A stretch of DNA of 64,000 nucleotides from Minisyncoccota bacterium. GTDB lineage: Bacteria; Patescibacteriota; Minisyncoccia; Phycocordibacterales; UBA9973. A model generated the notes under the pieces. It was not told the origin of the DNA and made no database searches. It was given only the letters and a program-made list of their open reading frames with translations. Made by a program: the position numbers and the translations under genes. How positions within the stretch are numbered: the stretch's first letter is position 1; each line of letters starts with the position of its first letter. The stretch covers positions 205,402-269,401 of the forward strand of contig JBAZRK010000002.1 of the NCBI GenBank assembly GCA_041663005.1. Reading direction: 5' to 3'. This document shows positions 38,583 through 48,199 of the stretch, piece by piece.

Positions 38583-40763
38583 TTATTCGAAATGAAAAAC
38601 GCCCGCCTTGGAGCTAACTTTTTTCTTTAGAAGAGGATAATTCTTTAACTCAGGATCTTTTTCAATTAGAGCAATAGCTTCTGTGCGCGCAGCTTCCACC
38701 ATTTTTATATTTTTTATAGCTTCCATACCTAGGTCGGTGATACCCCATTGTTTGGTGCCGCCGAGTTCTCCCGCACCACGAAGAGATAAATCCAATTCTG
38801 CGAGCTCGAAACCATTTTTTGCAGTTTTCAGGGCTTTTAATCTACTTATGGTTTTTTCACTCTTAGCGTCGGCAAAAATATAACAATATGCTTGGTGGGC
38901 GCTTCTGATGACGCGCCCGCGAAGCTGGTGAAGCTGAGCCAAGCCAAAACGTTCGGCACCTTCAATAATTATTATTGTGGCATTTGGTACATTAACGCCG
39001 ACTTCGACTACGGAAGTGGCGCATAAAATATTTATTTTCCCATCAGTGAATTCCTGCATTACTTGTTCTTTCTTTTCTTTACTCATCTTGGAGTGAAGGA
39101 CGCCGATTTCGTACTCTTGGAAAACTTCTTTCTTTAAGCGTTTGGCTTCCGCCATTACGGACTTCACGTTTAAAGCCATTTCTTTTTCCGGATCCGGTTC
39201 GTTGATTCTAGGGCAAATCACATATAGCTGGCGTCCGGCTCCGAGCTCTTTTCTTATTTCTTCATAAGTCTCACCACGCTTGGGTGGAGTAATTATTTCA
39301 GTAATTATTTCCTTTCGCCCTGCTGGCATCTCGTCCAAAAGTGAAAGATCTAGGTCTCCATAAATAGTGAGCGCCAGAGTGCGGGGGATGGGGGTCGCGG
39401 TCATCGATAAAAGGTGCGGAGCCAGGCCGTCCTTGCGCACCAGCTTTCTTCTTTGTGCAGTTCCGAAGCGGTGCTGTTCATCAATCACTGCCAATGCCAA
39501 ATTTTTAAATTTAACAGTTTTCTGAATTAAAGCGTGTGTGCCTATAAGGATAGGTACCTCTCCGTTGGCGACCCACTTTAGTAATTGCGGCCTAGAAATT
39601 GTAGTCCACCCGCCAGGATTTACTTTCGAGGGGAATTTCCTACAGCCACTCCCGGTGATTAGGCCTACGTTTATCGGTAGGTGGTTAAAATACTTTATAA
39701 AAGATTCGAAATGTTGAGTTGCCAGTATTTCTGTAGGTGCCATATAGGCCACTTGCAGGTTTCCAAAATCCTGAGGCTTGCCCTGAGCGAAGTCGAAGGG
39801 CCTTTGCTTTACTGCCACATAGCTTGCAGTCGCAGCGACTGCCGTTTTACCACTCCCGACATCACCCTCAAGCAGGCGCGACATCGGGTAAGTTCTTTTC
39901 ATATCGCCAAGAATTGTTTCGATAGACTTTTTCTGGCTCTTGGTAGGCTCAAAAGGGAATCTCGATAAAAATTCTTCCACATCTCCTTCTCTGGGTGTAA
40001 TTTTAAAAGATTTATTTTTGCGATATTCAAATTTGTCGTGTTGGCGTTCGAGCTGGATGCAAAACACTTCTTCGAAGGCAAATCTTTTGCGCGCAGATTC
40101 GGCGTCATTTTTATTTCTTGGTTTGTGCATCCAAACAAGTGCAGTTTTAAGCGTCGGGAGGTGATATTTTTTTAAAATTTCTGGAGGTATATAGTCGACA
40201 ATAGTGTCGAGAGTTTTATCTTTCAAAACTTTCTCTACGGCGTGATAAAACCATTTTGAAGTAATGCCTCTAGTCTCCGCATAGACAGGGTAGGAGAAGC
40301 CTTCGTTCGAAGCTCCGCTTTGTTTAAACAAAGTATCGTGTGCATCAATCGGCATATCAGGGGCCTTTTCAAATTCAGGATTTGCTAAGTAAATGCCATT
40401 TTTACTTTCCGTAACTTTTCCGGTGAGCTTTATGGTGTCACCGCTTTTAATCATCTTTGCTAGGTAGGCTTGGTGGTACCAAATTATTTTGATTTTTCCG
40501 GTTAGGTCTTCGACCTCACCTTCACCCATTGGGATTTTAGAACGGAACCCCTTTTTGGTCCTAAGCTTTGCCACCTTACCATATACGGTAGCTGTGTCTC
40601 CGGGCAGCAATTCATCTATGTTTTTTATCACACTCATATCGCTGTAGCGTACAGGGAAATGGAAAAGCAGGTCCCCCACAGTCACAATCTTAAGTCGAGC
40701 CAAGGCCTTCTTCTGGAGGGTGTCAGGGTGTAATTTAATCTCAAGTCTATCGTCTAAATTCAT
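38583..40763 (-). CDS. recG: ATP-dependent DNA helicase RecG
   Basis: GDVGSGKT, APTEILA, DEQHRFG, MTATPIPRT, QLRGRV. Confidence 0.97.
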   Translation of the reverse strand: MNLDDRLEIKLHPDTLQKKALARLKIVTVGDLLFHFPVRYSDMSVIKNIDELLPGDTATVYGKVAKLRTKKGFRSKIPMGEGEVEDLTGKIKIIWYHQAYLAKMIKSGDTIKLTGKVTESKNGIYLANPEFEKAPDMPIDAHDTLFKQSGASNEGFSYPVYAETRGITSKWFYHAVEKVLKDKTLDTIVDYIPPEILKKYHLPTLKTALVWMHKPRNKNDAESARKRFAFEEVFCIQLERQHDKFEYRKNKSFKITPREGDVEEFLSRFPFEPTKSQKKSIETILGDMKRTYPMSRLLEGDVGSGKTAVAATASYVAVKQRPFDFAQGKPQDFGNLQVAYMAPTEILATQHFESFIKYFNHLPINVGLITGSGCRKFPSKVNPGGWTTISRPQLLKWVANGEVPILIGTHALIQKTVKFKNLALAVIDEQHRFGTAQRRKLVRKDGLAPHLLSMTATPIPRTLALTIYGDLDLSLLDEMPAGRKEIITEIITPPKRGETYEEIRKELGAGRQLYVICPRINEPDPEKEMALNVKSVMAEAKRLKKEVFQEYEIGVLHSKMSKEKKEQVMQEFTDGKINILCATSVVEVGVNVPNATIIIIEGAERFGLAQLHQLRGRVIRSAHQAYCYIFADAKSEKTISRLKALKTAKNGFELAELDLSLRGAGELGGTKQWGITDLGMEAIKNIKMVEAARTEAIALIEKDPELKNYPLLKKKVSSKAGVFHFE
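39775..39802 (-). repeat. TTCGAC-nnn-GCTCA element in frame within recG (RPFDFAQGKP)
   Basis: Minus strand GGCCC-TTCGACTTCGCTCA-GGGCAAGCC, between Walker A and motif Ia. Confidence 0.75.
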
Positions 40764-40800
40764 ATGGAAAGTATATAACTAAATGTGATATAATACACCC

Positions 40801-41052
40801 ATGGATACATTTTCACAGTCAGAGCTTTTCTTTCTTATTTCCTCGGTTGGGTTTGTTTTGTTGTGGATACTCGTAGCCATCCTGCTTTTCTACCTTATTC
40901 GCATTACCCACAGTTTCTCCCGAATTATGGACAAGATAGAAAATAGTGTAAACAAGATAGGCGACACGACCAAGGAAATGCTTGAAGACTTGAGGGACAG
41001 CACATTATTTAGTTTTTTATTAAGAAGAAGGAGAAAAAGTCGCAAAGAATAA
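40801..41052 (+). CDS. Small membrane-anchored coiled-coil protein
   Basis: One TM segment plus a helical tail; TATAAT 6 nt before the ATG. Confidence 0.7.
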   Translation: MDTFSQSELFFLISSVGFVLLWILVAILLFYLIRITHSFSRIMDKIENSVNKIGDTTKEMLEDLRDSTLFSFLLRRRRKSRKE

Positions 41053-41070
41053 AAGTAAGTATTTAATTTT

Positions 41071-41343
41071 ATGAAACACGATAAAAAAACATCAAAAGGA
41101 AAAGTTGCAGCTGTGGGGGTGGGTATGGCAGCAGTCGGAGCGGGCGCTTACTACCTGCTCGGACCGAAAGGGAAAGCACACCAGAAGAAATTAATGGCAA
41201 TGGGCAAGAAAGCTGCCGGTCAAGTTAAAAAGGAGGCAGGTAAACTAAAAAAAGACTGGGAAGATATCTCGTCCCAAGCGGAGAAAGTTGCTAATAAGGT
41301 GAAATCCACTGTTAAAAAAGTAAAAGCCAGGGCTAAAAAATAA
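41071..41343 (+). CDS. Small Lys-rich membrane-anchored protein (YtxH-like)
   Basis: AAVGAGAYYLLGPKGK motif. Confidence 0.7.
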   Translation: MKHDKKTSKGKVAAVGVGMAAVGAGAYYLLGPKGKAHQKKLMAMGKKAAGQVKKEAGKLKKDWEDISSQAEKVANKVKSTVKKVKARAKK

Positions 41344-41359
41344 AAGTAAACAGAAAACA

Positions 41360-41389
41360 AAAATGTACATAATATATTACGTACATTTT
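41360..41389. repeat. TGTACGTAATATATTACGTACA palindrome family, copy 1
   Basis: AAAATGTACATAATATATTACGTACATTTT; near-identical copy at 61177. Confidence 0.75.
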
Positions 41390-41399
41390 CGTTTTGATG

Positions 41400-41488
41400 C
41401 GGAGCCGGCTGGATTCGAACCAGCGGTGCCTTTTAAAGGGCACACCTCTTTAGCAAAGAGGCACGTTAGACCACTCTGACACGGCTCC
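41400..41488 (-). tRNA. tRNA-Ser(GCT)
   Basis: GGAGCCG acceptor; CCTCT-TT GCT AA-AGAGG; long variable arm; GGTTCGAATCC. Confidence 0.95.
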
Positions 41489-41591
41489 GTATTTTCTTAC
41501 TTTAGCACATTTCTCTATTTTTTCCATTATTTTCATTTGTGATATAATTTAAGGGTAAGTCGAAATTAACCATTTAATTAAGTGTAAATTT

Positions 41592-41801
41592 ATGTCTCGA
41601 TCACAACAATTACAAACTGATGTTTGGTGGTGGCAAGAAGAAATACAAAAGTTGACCAGGGAGCAAAGGAGAATCATGGAAGAATCAAGGGCGATTTCTA
41701 TTAAGATAGAAGATGCTAATAAGAAAATTCAAGAGCGACAACATGAGCTCACTCGAGCCCTGGAGGAGGAAGCAAGAGACTCACAAAAAAAAGCTGCATA
41801 A
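41592..41801 (+). CDS. Small coiled-coil hypothetical protein
   Basis: 69-aa ORF with its own TGA-TATAAT promoter (-10 at 41543). Confidence 0.6.
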   Translation: MSRSQQLQTDVWWWQEEIQKLTREQRRIMEESRAISIKIEDANKKIQERQHELTRALEEEARDSQKKAA

Positions 41802-41835
41802 CATAGACATGGTGATTAATGTTAAAATATAGATT

Positions 41836-42198
41836 ATGCACGAATTATGGAGTGAATTTAAGAAGTTTATTGCCCGAGGCAACGTTATGGACCTCGCGGT
41901 GGGTCTTGCCATAGGTACCGCATTTCAGAAGATAGTCTCTTCGCTTGTAAATGATGTAGTTTTCCCGTCCTTGGCGCCGCTCCTCAATGTGGCCCAGTTT
42001 AGCGATTGGAAATGGGGAGGAGTGCTCATTGGTAGCTTTATCAAGAATATAGTAGATTTTTTAGTCATTGCCCTCGCAATATTCTTCATTGTTAAGGTGT
42101 TCAATCGCTTTCGCAAGAAACAAGATAAATCTAAGACGGCGGAGCTCTCCAAGCAAGAGCAGCTTCTAACCGAAATTCGTGATTTGTTAAAAAAATAG
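41836..42198 (+). CDS. mscL: Large-conductance mechanosensitive channel
   Basis: EFKKFIARGNVMDLAVG, LLTEIRDLL. Confidence 0.97.
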   Translation: MHELWSEFKKFIARGNVMDLAVGLAIGTAFQKIVSSLVNDVVFPSLAPLLNVAQFSDWKWGGVLIGSFIKNIVDFLVIALAIFFIVKVFNRFRKKQDKSKTAELSKQEQLLTEIRDLLKK

Positions 42199-42242
42199 TT
42201 CGACCGTTCTATAAACTCAGGGTAAACAAGCTAACTACAAAT
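42195..42242 (+). repeat. Degenerate or nested TTCGAC..GCTCA element (contains the mscL stop)
   Basis: ATAGTTCGAC-[CGTTCTATAAACTCAGGGTAAAC]-AAGCTAACTACAAAT. Confidence 0.55.
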
Positions 42243-42245
42243 AAA

Positions 42246-42833
42246 ATGGACATACAGCGCCCACAAGCTCACCAACCCATACCCTCGCACGCCAAGCGGG
42301 TGTTTAAAGGAGTGATGTTTGATGTTTATCAGTGGGAGCAGGAAATGTTTGACGGTTCGCGGGCGATTTTTGAAAAAGTAAAACGTGCGGATACAGTGGT
42401 GGTCTTTGCGGTATTGCCAGACGGTAAAATAATTCTGACTAAACAAGAACAGCCTGGCCGTCCGCCGTTTGTGGGTGCTACCGGCGGGAGAATTGATGAA
42501 GGCGAAGATGTCTTGACCGCAGCCAAGCGTGAGCTCCTGGAAGAGAGTGGCTACATAGCGGAGGAATTTATTTTATGGGACGCCAGATTTCCGGTAGGTA
42601 AGGTAGACTGGGTGGTTTATACCTTCATCGCCAAGGGTTTGAAAAAGATTGCGGACCTGAGCCTCGACGCCGGAGAAAAAATAGAATTGATTACTCTCAC
42701 GCTGGACGAACTTATAGACACAGCGCTCGACAAGAAAACTCATTTTGCGGAGCAAGAGATACTCGAGAAATTTTATCAGGCAAAATACGTTCCGGAAAAG
42801 AGAAAAGAATTGGAGGAATTGTTTAAACCTTAG
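42246..42833 (+). CDS. NUDIX hydrolase (ADP-ribose pyrophosphatase-like)
   Basis: Nudix box GGRIDEGEDVLTAAKRELLEESG. Confidence 0.92.
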   Translation: MDIQRPQAHQPIPSHAKRVFKGVMFDVYQWEQEMFDGSRAIFEKVKRADTVVVFAVLPDGKIILTKQEQPGRPPFVGATGGRIDEGEDVLTAAKRELLEESGYIAEEFILWDARFPVGKVDWVVYTFIAKGLKKIADLSLDAGEKIELITLTLDELIDTALDKKTHFAEQEILEKFYQAKYVPEKRKELEELFKP

Positions 42834-42849
42834 ATCAATAATAAAATAC

Positions 42850-43734
42850 ATGGACAATCTCAGGCCTTTTAAGCCGAAAAAAGAAAAGCAAGAAGTGGAC
42901 GGTATCACAGTTGAAAGTAGAAGAGAGCCTACAGAGCAAGAGACGTTGACCGAAGCTCAGCGAGACTATGCAAACGAACTGCAAGAGAGGCTAGACGGCA
43001 TGGCCGCTGAAACAATTTTAGCAGAGCCTGATTCACCTGATTTTTCAAACTTAAATTTGGAAAAAATACGTAGTTTCACATCTCGCGGTAGCTCCAAAAT
43101 TCTCTTTGAAAATATTTTGTTCCAACAAGGTAATAAAATTTCACCAGAACAACAGCAAATACTTCGTTTATATATCTCACTAATTCAACATGATCGGTTA
43201 GGAAAAGAAGGGGGCGGATTATACCCGAACGACCCAAAATATTCTTCGGAATCTTTCAACCTGGAACAGCAAATAAGAGAGAAAGAAATAAAATTATGCC
43301 GGGAGGCTTTGGGCGACGAATTGGCTAAGCTTGTGGATGGTATAGATAAATATGTTCGAGACAATTGGGGCAGTACATCTTGGCAAGAAGAAATCGCAAC
43401 TCGTAGAGCAGAGGCTATGCCAGTTACAGATGAAGCCACAGACCTGCTGGATCTTTCAGAAATTGTCTACTCAATGAGTATGACAGAAGAAGGCACTGGA
43501 GATTTAGAAGCAGCACGTATTCGGCGGCAAATACAGGAAGCACGAGAAGCACTTCCCGAGGCTGTAAAAAAGTGGAATTTTCAAACAGATAATATCTTTT
43601 TAAAAAATGCACTGGAAGTGAATCACAATCAAGAAATAAGTTATCAACATGACCTTGCTATGGCGACTATGAAATTTTTAGATGACAAGGTGAAATCCAG
43701 ATTAGCGGAAATGAAAATGGGGGAGCAAGAATAA
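42850..43734 (+). CDS. Hypothetical acidic helical protein
   Basis: ATG 42850 (MDNLRPFK) just after the NUDIX stop; no motif recognised. Confidence 0.7.
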   Translation: MDNLRPFKPKKEKQEVDGITVESRREPTEQETLTEAQRDYANELQERLDGMAAETILAEPDSPDFSNLNLEKIRSFTSRGSSKILFENILFQQGNKISPEQQQILRLYISLIQHDRLGKEGGGLYPNDPKYSSESFNLEQQIREKEIKLCREALGDELAKLVDGIDKYVRDNWGSTSWQEEIATRRAEAMPVTDEATDLLDLSEIVYSMSMTEEGTGDLEAARIRRQIQEAREALPEAVKKWNFQTDNIFLKNALEVNHNQEISYQHDLAMATMKFLDDKVKSRLAEMKMGEQE

Positions 43735-43759
43735 TCGAGCCAGGTGGAGCTTGTGTCGA

Positions 43760-44275
43760 TTACACTCTTTTGATATTCCCACAAGCGAGGCGGGGGCCAC
43801 CGGAGACTCCAGAGCCTTTTTCGCCGCCTTCGTAAGGGTCGGTATTTGCGTGAACCATAAGTGAAGTTTCGGTATTGAGAATTGAGATAGGTCCGGGAGA
43901 GAGAGTGACGCGAGTGGTGACAGCTTCTAGTGTTCCCGAACCATTTTCGTTGACAACAATGTTCGGCAGGTCGCCTGCGTGGAAGGGATGGTTTACATCT
44001 GGGTCGGAATTGCCCGCAGGGCCTGGATCGAAGTGCCCACCAGCGCATTTGAAACTAGGGTCATCATCACAGCAAGGCTTCTCGTGAATGTGCACTGCGT
44101 GCGCACCAGCTATTAGCTTATCCGGACTGCCAGATAGTTCAAGCATTATTTTTACTACTTTACCCGTGCCGAATTCGTATTCAGTCAATGTTGCCAGGCC
44201 CGTTATGCCGTCACCCTTCATTTCTGCTTGCGCCTGCATCACTATTTTCCCCTCAATTGTAAATAAGTTATTCAT
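43760..44275 (-). CDS. sodC: Cu/Zn superoxide dismutase, no obvious signal peptide
   Basis: HAVHIHE, GGHFDP, HAGDLPNI, LMVH, GPRLACG. Confidence 0.93.
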   Translation of the reverse strand: MNNLFTIEGKIVMQAQAEMKGDGITGLATLTEYEFGTGKVVKIMLELSGSPDKLIAGAHAVHIHEKPCCDDDPSFKCAGGHFDPGPAGNSDPDVNHPFHAGDLPNIVVNENGSGTLEAVTTRVTLSPGPISILNTETSLMVHANTDPYEGGEKGSGVSGGPRLACGNIKRV

Positions 44276-44295
44276 ACATTAGATAATACCAAAAG

Positions 44296-44436
44296 TTGCC
44301 CCCAAAAACACCCCTATGCTATAATACTTAAGTCGATCATTAGCAAGATTAATTACAAAAATGCTATGACAGGAGGACACTAATAACTTAAATCTATTTT
44401 GATATTATAATAAAGAGACAGCCTAGCTGTCTCTTT
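44296..44436 (+). promoter_or_regulatory. Promoter, structured ~105-nt RNA and terminator-like hairpin
   Basis: TTGCCC-18-TATAAT; stem TCATTAGCA/TGCTATGA; AAAGAGACAGC-CTA-GCTGTCTCTTT at 44412-44436. Confidence 0.5.
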
Positions 44437-44443
44437 CCGGTTT

Positions 44444-45649
44444 ATGGAAAAATATACTAAAAATTCGCCTGAGCCACAATCCAAAAAAAGTTCCTGTGCC
44501 TACTGCGGGGATGCCCCAATAATCCACGCTTTATTTTATTTCGATAGTTTGGTGTCTTCCGTAATAGAACCCCACGTGAGCAAAGTCGCCAAGGCGAGTC
44601 CTCAGTTTTTGAAAACGTTTGCGGACTGGTTACCAATTTTCACTTTTAAAACTTTCTCCCTGTTCGGACTGGCCAAGTTTTCCGCCGACTTAAGCAAGGT
44701 GAAAACTTTTCGCTCTCGGGTGGTATGGGAGGAGGCGCTACGGCGAGGAATAAAAATGGAGCAACTTATACTTTTCGGTAAACCGATGGAATTTTATCGG
44801 GCATTTTTAAATGGAAAAGAAATTTATTTCCAGAGCCTGCCCATACCACCTAAATACCTAGAGCTCACTGCTGACTGGGATAATAAGTTTGTCCTAAAAG
44901 AAGAACTTAAAAAGCACGGCATACCCGTGCCCGCATATATCCCGCTCTCAAATCTTAATGAAGATAGCCTCGCGCAAACGTTCGACACAATACCGAAGCC
45001 ATTCATAGTAAAGCCTAAGCTTGGTTCTCGCGGTCGCCATACTACTACCAACATTCATACCTTACCGCAAATGAAGGAGGCGGTCAGGATTGCAAAAATT
45101 CTCAGCCCCCATCTAATCATAGAGGAGCACCTCACCGGCTACGTGTGTCGCGCAACTCTCGTTTCTGGGAAGCTGGCGGGTTTTTACCGAGGCGAAGCGC
45201 CGACTGTTGTTGGGGACGGGACCCAAACAATAAAGCAACTGATATCAGAAAAAGACCGCAATCGGAATGCGAGAGTAGAAGCGGTCACGATAAGCGAAGA
45301 ATTGAAAAGTCACATTGGGCGGTCTGGATTTGCGTTGAATGATGTTTTGCCTAAAGGAGTGGTTTTACCGCTGACTCACAGGGTGGGGCGACTTTTCGGC
45401 GGAGCGACAAAAGAAATGCTTGATGAATTGCACCCGAATTTCATTCCGATTTTTGAAAAAGTGGCGAAGCTCACCGAGCTTGCCGTGGCAGGTATTGACT
45501 GCATCATACCTGATCCCACGAAAGCCCCTGATGCCCAAAAGTGGGGAATCATTGAATGCAACACGCTCCCCTTTATCGATCTTCACTACTACGCACTTGA
45601 AGGCAAGCCGCAAAATATTGCGGGGATGATTTGGGATTTCTGGAAATAA
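44444..45649 (+). CDS. ATP-grasp ligase, similar to the cyanophycin-synthetase N-terminal half
   Basis: DNK..K..L...GIPVP, IVKPKLGSRG, IIEE, VVGDG..TI..LI, AGID, IIECNTLP. Confidence 0.8.
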   Translation: MEKYTKNSPEPQSKKSSCAYCGDAPIIHALFYFDSLVSSVIEPHVSKVAKASPQFLKTFADWLPIFTFKTFSLFGLAKFSADLSKVKTFRSRVVWEEALRRGIKMEQLILFGKPMEFYRAFLNGKEIYFQSLPIPPKYLELTADWDNKFVLKEELKKHGIPVPAYIPLSNLNEDSLAQTFDTIPKPFIVKPKLGSRGRHTTTNIHTLPQMKEAVRIAKILSPHLIIEEHLTGYVCRATLVSGKLAGFYRGEAPTVVGDGTQTIKQLISEKDRNRNARVEAVTISEELKSHIGRSGFALNDVLPKGVVLPLTHRVGRLFGGATKEMLDELHPNFIPIFEKVAKLTELAVAGIDCIIPDPTKAPDAQKWGIIECNTLPFIDLHYYALEGKPQNIAGMIWDFWK

Positions 45650-45659
45650 ATTTTCTTAA

Positions 45660-46325
45660 TTAATGAGCAAGAGTGAAAGCGATGACTTTACGGGCGCCGG
45701 CATCCTTAAGCGTGCGTCTGGCCTCGGAGAGGGTGGCGCCCGTGGTTAGGATGTCGTCTATTAAAATTATATTTCTCCCTGCGACAATTGCAGGGTTGTC
45801 AACCTGGAAAGTTCCGCGCATATTTTCCATTCGTCTTTTACGGTCCTTAATATGAGCTTGGTGTTCTGTTTCTTTGGGTTTAACGAGAGCATTCTCGCTG
45901 AGCTCAAACTTTACCCCGGAGTTTTCTTGCGCAATATTAATTTTCAGGATTTCTCGACAAATCAACGCAGCTTGATTGTAACCGCGCTCACGCAAACGTT
46001 TGCGTGAAAGAGGTATGGGTACCAAAAGTGTATTGTTAAAATTTTCCAAAACCGCAAGGTCGGCAAGCTCCTCAAGCATATTTTCGTACAAAATTTCGGC
46101 AAAAATTTTCGCCAACCGTCTCTTGCCCTTGTACTTAAACAACCAAAGGGATTTTTTAATGGGTGGGTGACGGTAGTCGTATAAAGGGAAAATCCACTTG
46201 GCGCTCTCCCGTTCAGCCCTAGGACAGTCTTCCAGACACCGAGAACAGAAATCTAACCCAGCTTTGCCACATATGGCGCATTTGATTGGGAAGACAAGGG
46301 AGAGTATTGTGTCTAAAAAATCCAT
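45660..46325 (-). CDS. comF: ComF competence protein (phosphoribosyltransferase-like)
   Basis: CxxC...CxxC, VPIPL, RGYNQA, LIDDILTTGATL; ATG 46325. Confidence 0.93.
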   Translation of the reverse strand: MDFLDTILSLVFPIKCAICGKAGLDFCSRCLEDCPRAERESAKWIFPLYDYRHPPIKKSLWLFKYKGKRRLAKIFAEILYENMLEELADLAVLENFNNTLLVPIPLSRKRLRERGYNQAALICREILKINIAQENSGVKFELSENALVKPKETEHQAHIKDRKRRMENMRGTFQVDNPAIVAGRNIILIDDILTTGATLSEARRTLKDAGARKVIAFTLAH

Positions 46326-46364
46326 ATATGATATACTTAAGGGGTATTTTAGCATAATTTGAAG

Positions 46365-47495
46365 ATGAGTAATCTATTAAATAAAATTTTTTCAGGTTTC
46401 CAGAAAATCACTCCCGGAGGAGGAGAAAATTCAGCAATTGGGGTAGATGTTGGGACCTCGGCAATTAAGATCGTGGAGATAAAAAGGAAAGGGGGTAAGG
46501 CTGTACTTGAAACCTACGGCGCTATTGCACTTGGTCCATATGCGGACATGGAGGCGGGTCGTGTTACTAATTTGCCTATAGAGAAAACCGTGGAGGCCTT
46601 GAAAGAAGTATTGAAACAGTCTGACGCTCGGGGGAGTGACTTGGCGCTAGCTGTGCCCATACAATCAAGCTTAATTTTTACTATTGAACTTCCAGCGAAC
46701 ATAGGCGCGGATGAAATTGAAGCAATTGTTCCAACCGAAGCCCGAAAATATATTCCCGTACCGATAACTGAAGTTTCTTTAGACTATTTTATTTTACCGA
46801 AAAAAGAAGCGTCTTTTGAAGAGTTGAATACGGACAGTGCTACGACAGTTGCCGAAAGCAAAATTAACATTCTTGTTGTAGCTACCCAAAATGATGCTGT
46901 GGCGAAGGCGCGGTCAGTTGTTTCCGCCTGTGGTATGTCGGCGTCATTTTTTGAAATAGAAATATTTTCATCGATTCGTGCCAACTTCGAGCACGAGCTT
47001 TCCCCAGTCTTGCTGATGGATTTTGGAGCGTCACGCACGAAGTTATCTCTAGTTGAGTTCGGTATGGTGAAAAGCTACCATACGATTGATCGTGGCGGAG
47101 CCGATATCACGAATTCCATTTCAAAATCGCTCAGCATCCCGTTTCAAGATGCGGAAAAAATGAAGAAAGATTTCGGACTTTTTGGTAGCCCATACGAGAA
47201 ATCTTTGGCAGATATTGTAAAGGTTCACATAGACTATATATTTTCGGAGACCAACAGTGTATTGCTCGGATATGAAAAGAAATACGGACGAACCGTCAGT
47301 AAAATAATTTTCACCGGCGGAGGGGCGCTCTTGAAAGGACTCCAGGAAACCGCGGCCGATAATTTCAGAGCTGAAATGGAGATGGGGCATCCGTTTTCTA
47401 AAGTTGGAGCACCCCAATTTTTAGACAAAGTTTTAGCTACTATGGGTCCGGAATTCGCTGTAGCTCTGGGGCTTGCCTTGCGAAAATTGCAATAA
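46365..47495 (+). CDS. pilM: Type IV pilus assembly protein PilM
   Basis: IGVDVGTSAIK, EARKYIP, DFGAS, FTGGGA, ALGLALR. Confidence 0.93.
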   Translation: MSNLLNKIFSGFQKITPGGGENSAIGVDVGTSAIKIVEIKRKGGKAVLETYGAIALGPYADMEAGRVTNLPIEKTVEALKEVLKQSDARGSDLALAVPIQSSLIFTIELPANIGADEIEAIVPTEARKYIPVPITEVSLDYFILPKKEASFEELNTDSATTVAESKINILVVATQNDAVAKARSVVSACGMSASFFEIEIFSSIRANFEHELSPVLLMDFGASRTKLSLVEFGMVKSYHTIDRGGADITNSISKSLSIPFQDAEKMKKDFGLFGSPYEKSLADIVKVHIDYIFSETNSVLLGYEKKYGRTVSKIIFTGGGALLKGLQETAADNFRAEMEMGHPFSKVGAPQFLDKVLATMGPEFAVALGLALRKLQ

Positions 47496-47592
47496 TTCTT
47501 CGTTCCAGCTATAGAAATTTAATTTACAGTTGCCGAGTTATACACAATTTACTTCATTTGAGTTTGCGTTTGTTATATAATATATAGGATAA

Positions 47593-48189
47593 ATGGAGCA
47601 AAATTTTCAAACATCATTTATACCTAAGAAGCCGATTATCAAACAACGCGCTGAGGCTTCGCGGCCTGTGAACCCGTTGCTTGTCATTGCGCTTTTTATT
47701 TTATTTACGGTGCTTGTCGCCTCGGGGGGGTTGTATTTTTATACCCAGCTTAAAGGCAAAAATCTTGAAAATATGAAAACGAGTCTTGGTATAGCACAAA
47801 CTCGTTTTGAACCGACCAAGCTTGCCGAGTTACAAGTGTTAGATAAGCGTCTCCTTGCTGCTAATAAGGTTCTCTCTCAGCACATCGCTGTTACGCCTAT
47901 TTTCGAAGCACTAGAGGATATAACAATGAAAACTGTTCGTTTTACTTCTTTTGCTTATTCGATAGGGGAAGATATTAACTCTCCCATAGAGGTGAAAATG
48001 TCGGGAGAAGCCGTGGGCTATCGTCCCATCGCGCTTCAATCAGATTTGTTTGCCAAAAACAAAATTTTTATCGACCCCGTTTTTTCGAATTTATCCCTAG
48101 ACCAAAATGGCAATATTGTTTTTGATTTAACTTTTTCCATAGATCCGGAGGTTCTAAATTATAAGCAGACTATATCTACAGACGTTTAG
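47593..48189 (+). CDS. pilN: PilN-like protein
   Basis: TSFIPK N-terminal motif, one TM segment, ferredoxin-like tail; follows pilM. Confidence 0.75.
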   Translation: MEQNFQTSFIPKKPIIKQRAEASRPVNPLLVIALFILFTVLVASGGLYFYTQLKGKNLENMKTSLGIAQTRFEPTKLAELQVLDKRLLAANKVLSQHIAVTPIFEALEDITMKTVRFTSFAYSIGEDINSPIEVKMSGEAVGYRPIALQSDLFAKNKIFIDPVFSNLSLDQNGNIVFDLTFSIDPEVLNYKQTISTDV

Positions 48190-48199
48190 TTTTTAAAAA

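Noticed and set aside
41400-45649. tRNA-anchored integrative island
   Set aside because: No integrase and no duplicated tRNA 3' end (att site) was seen.
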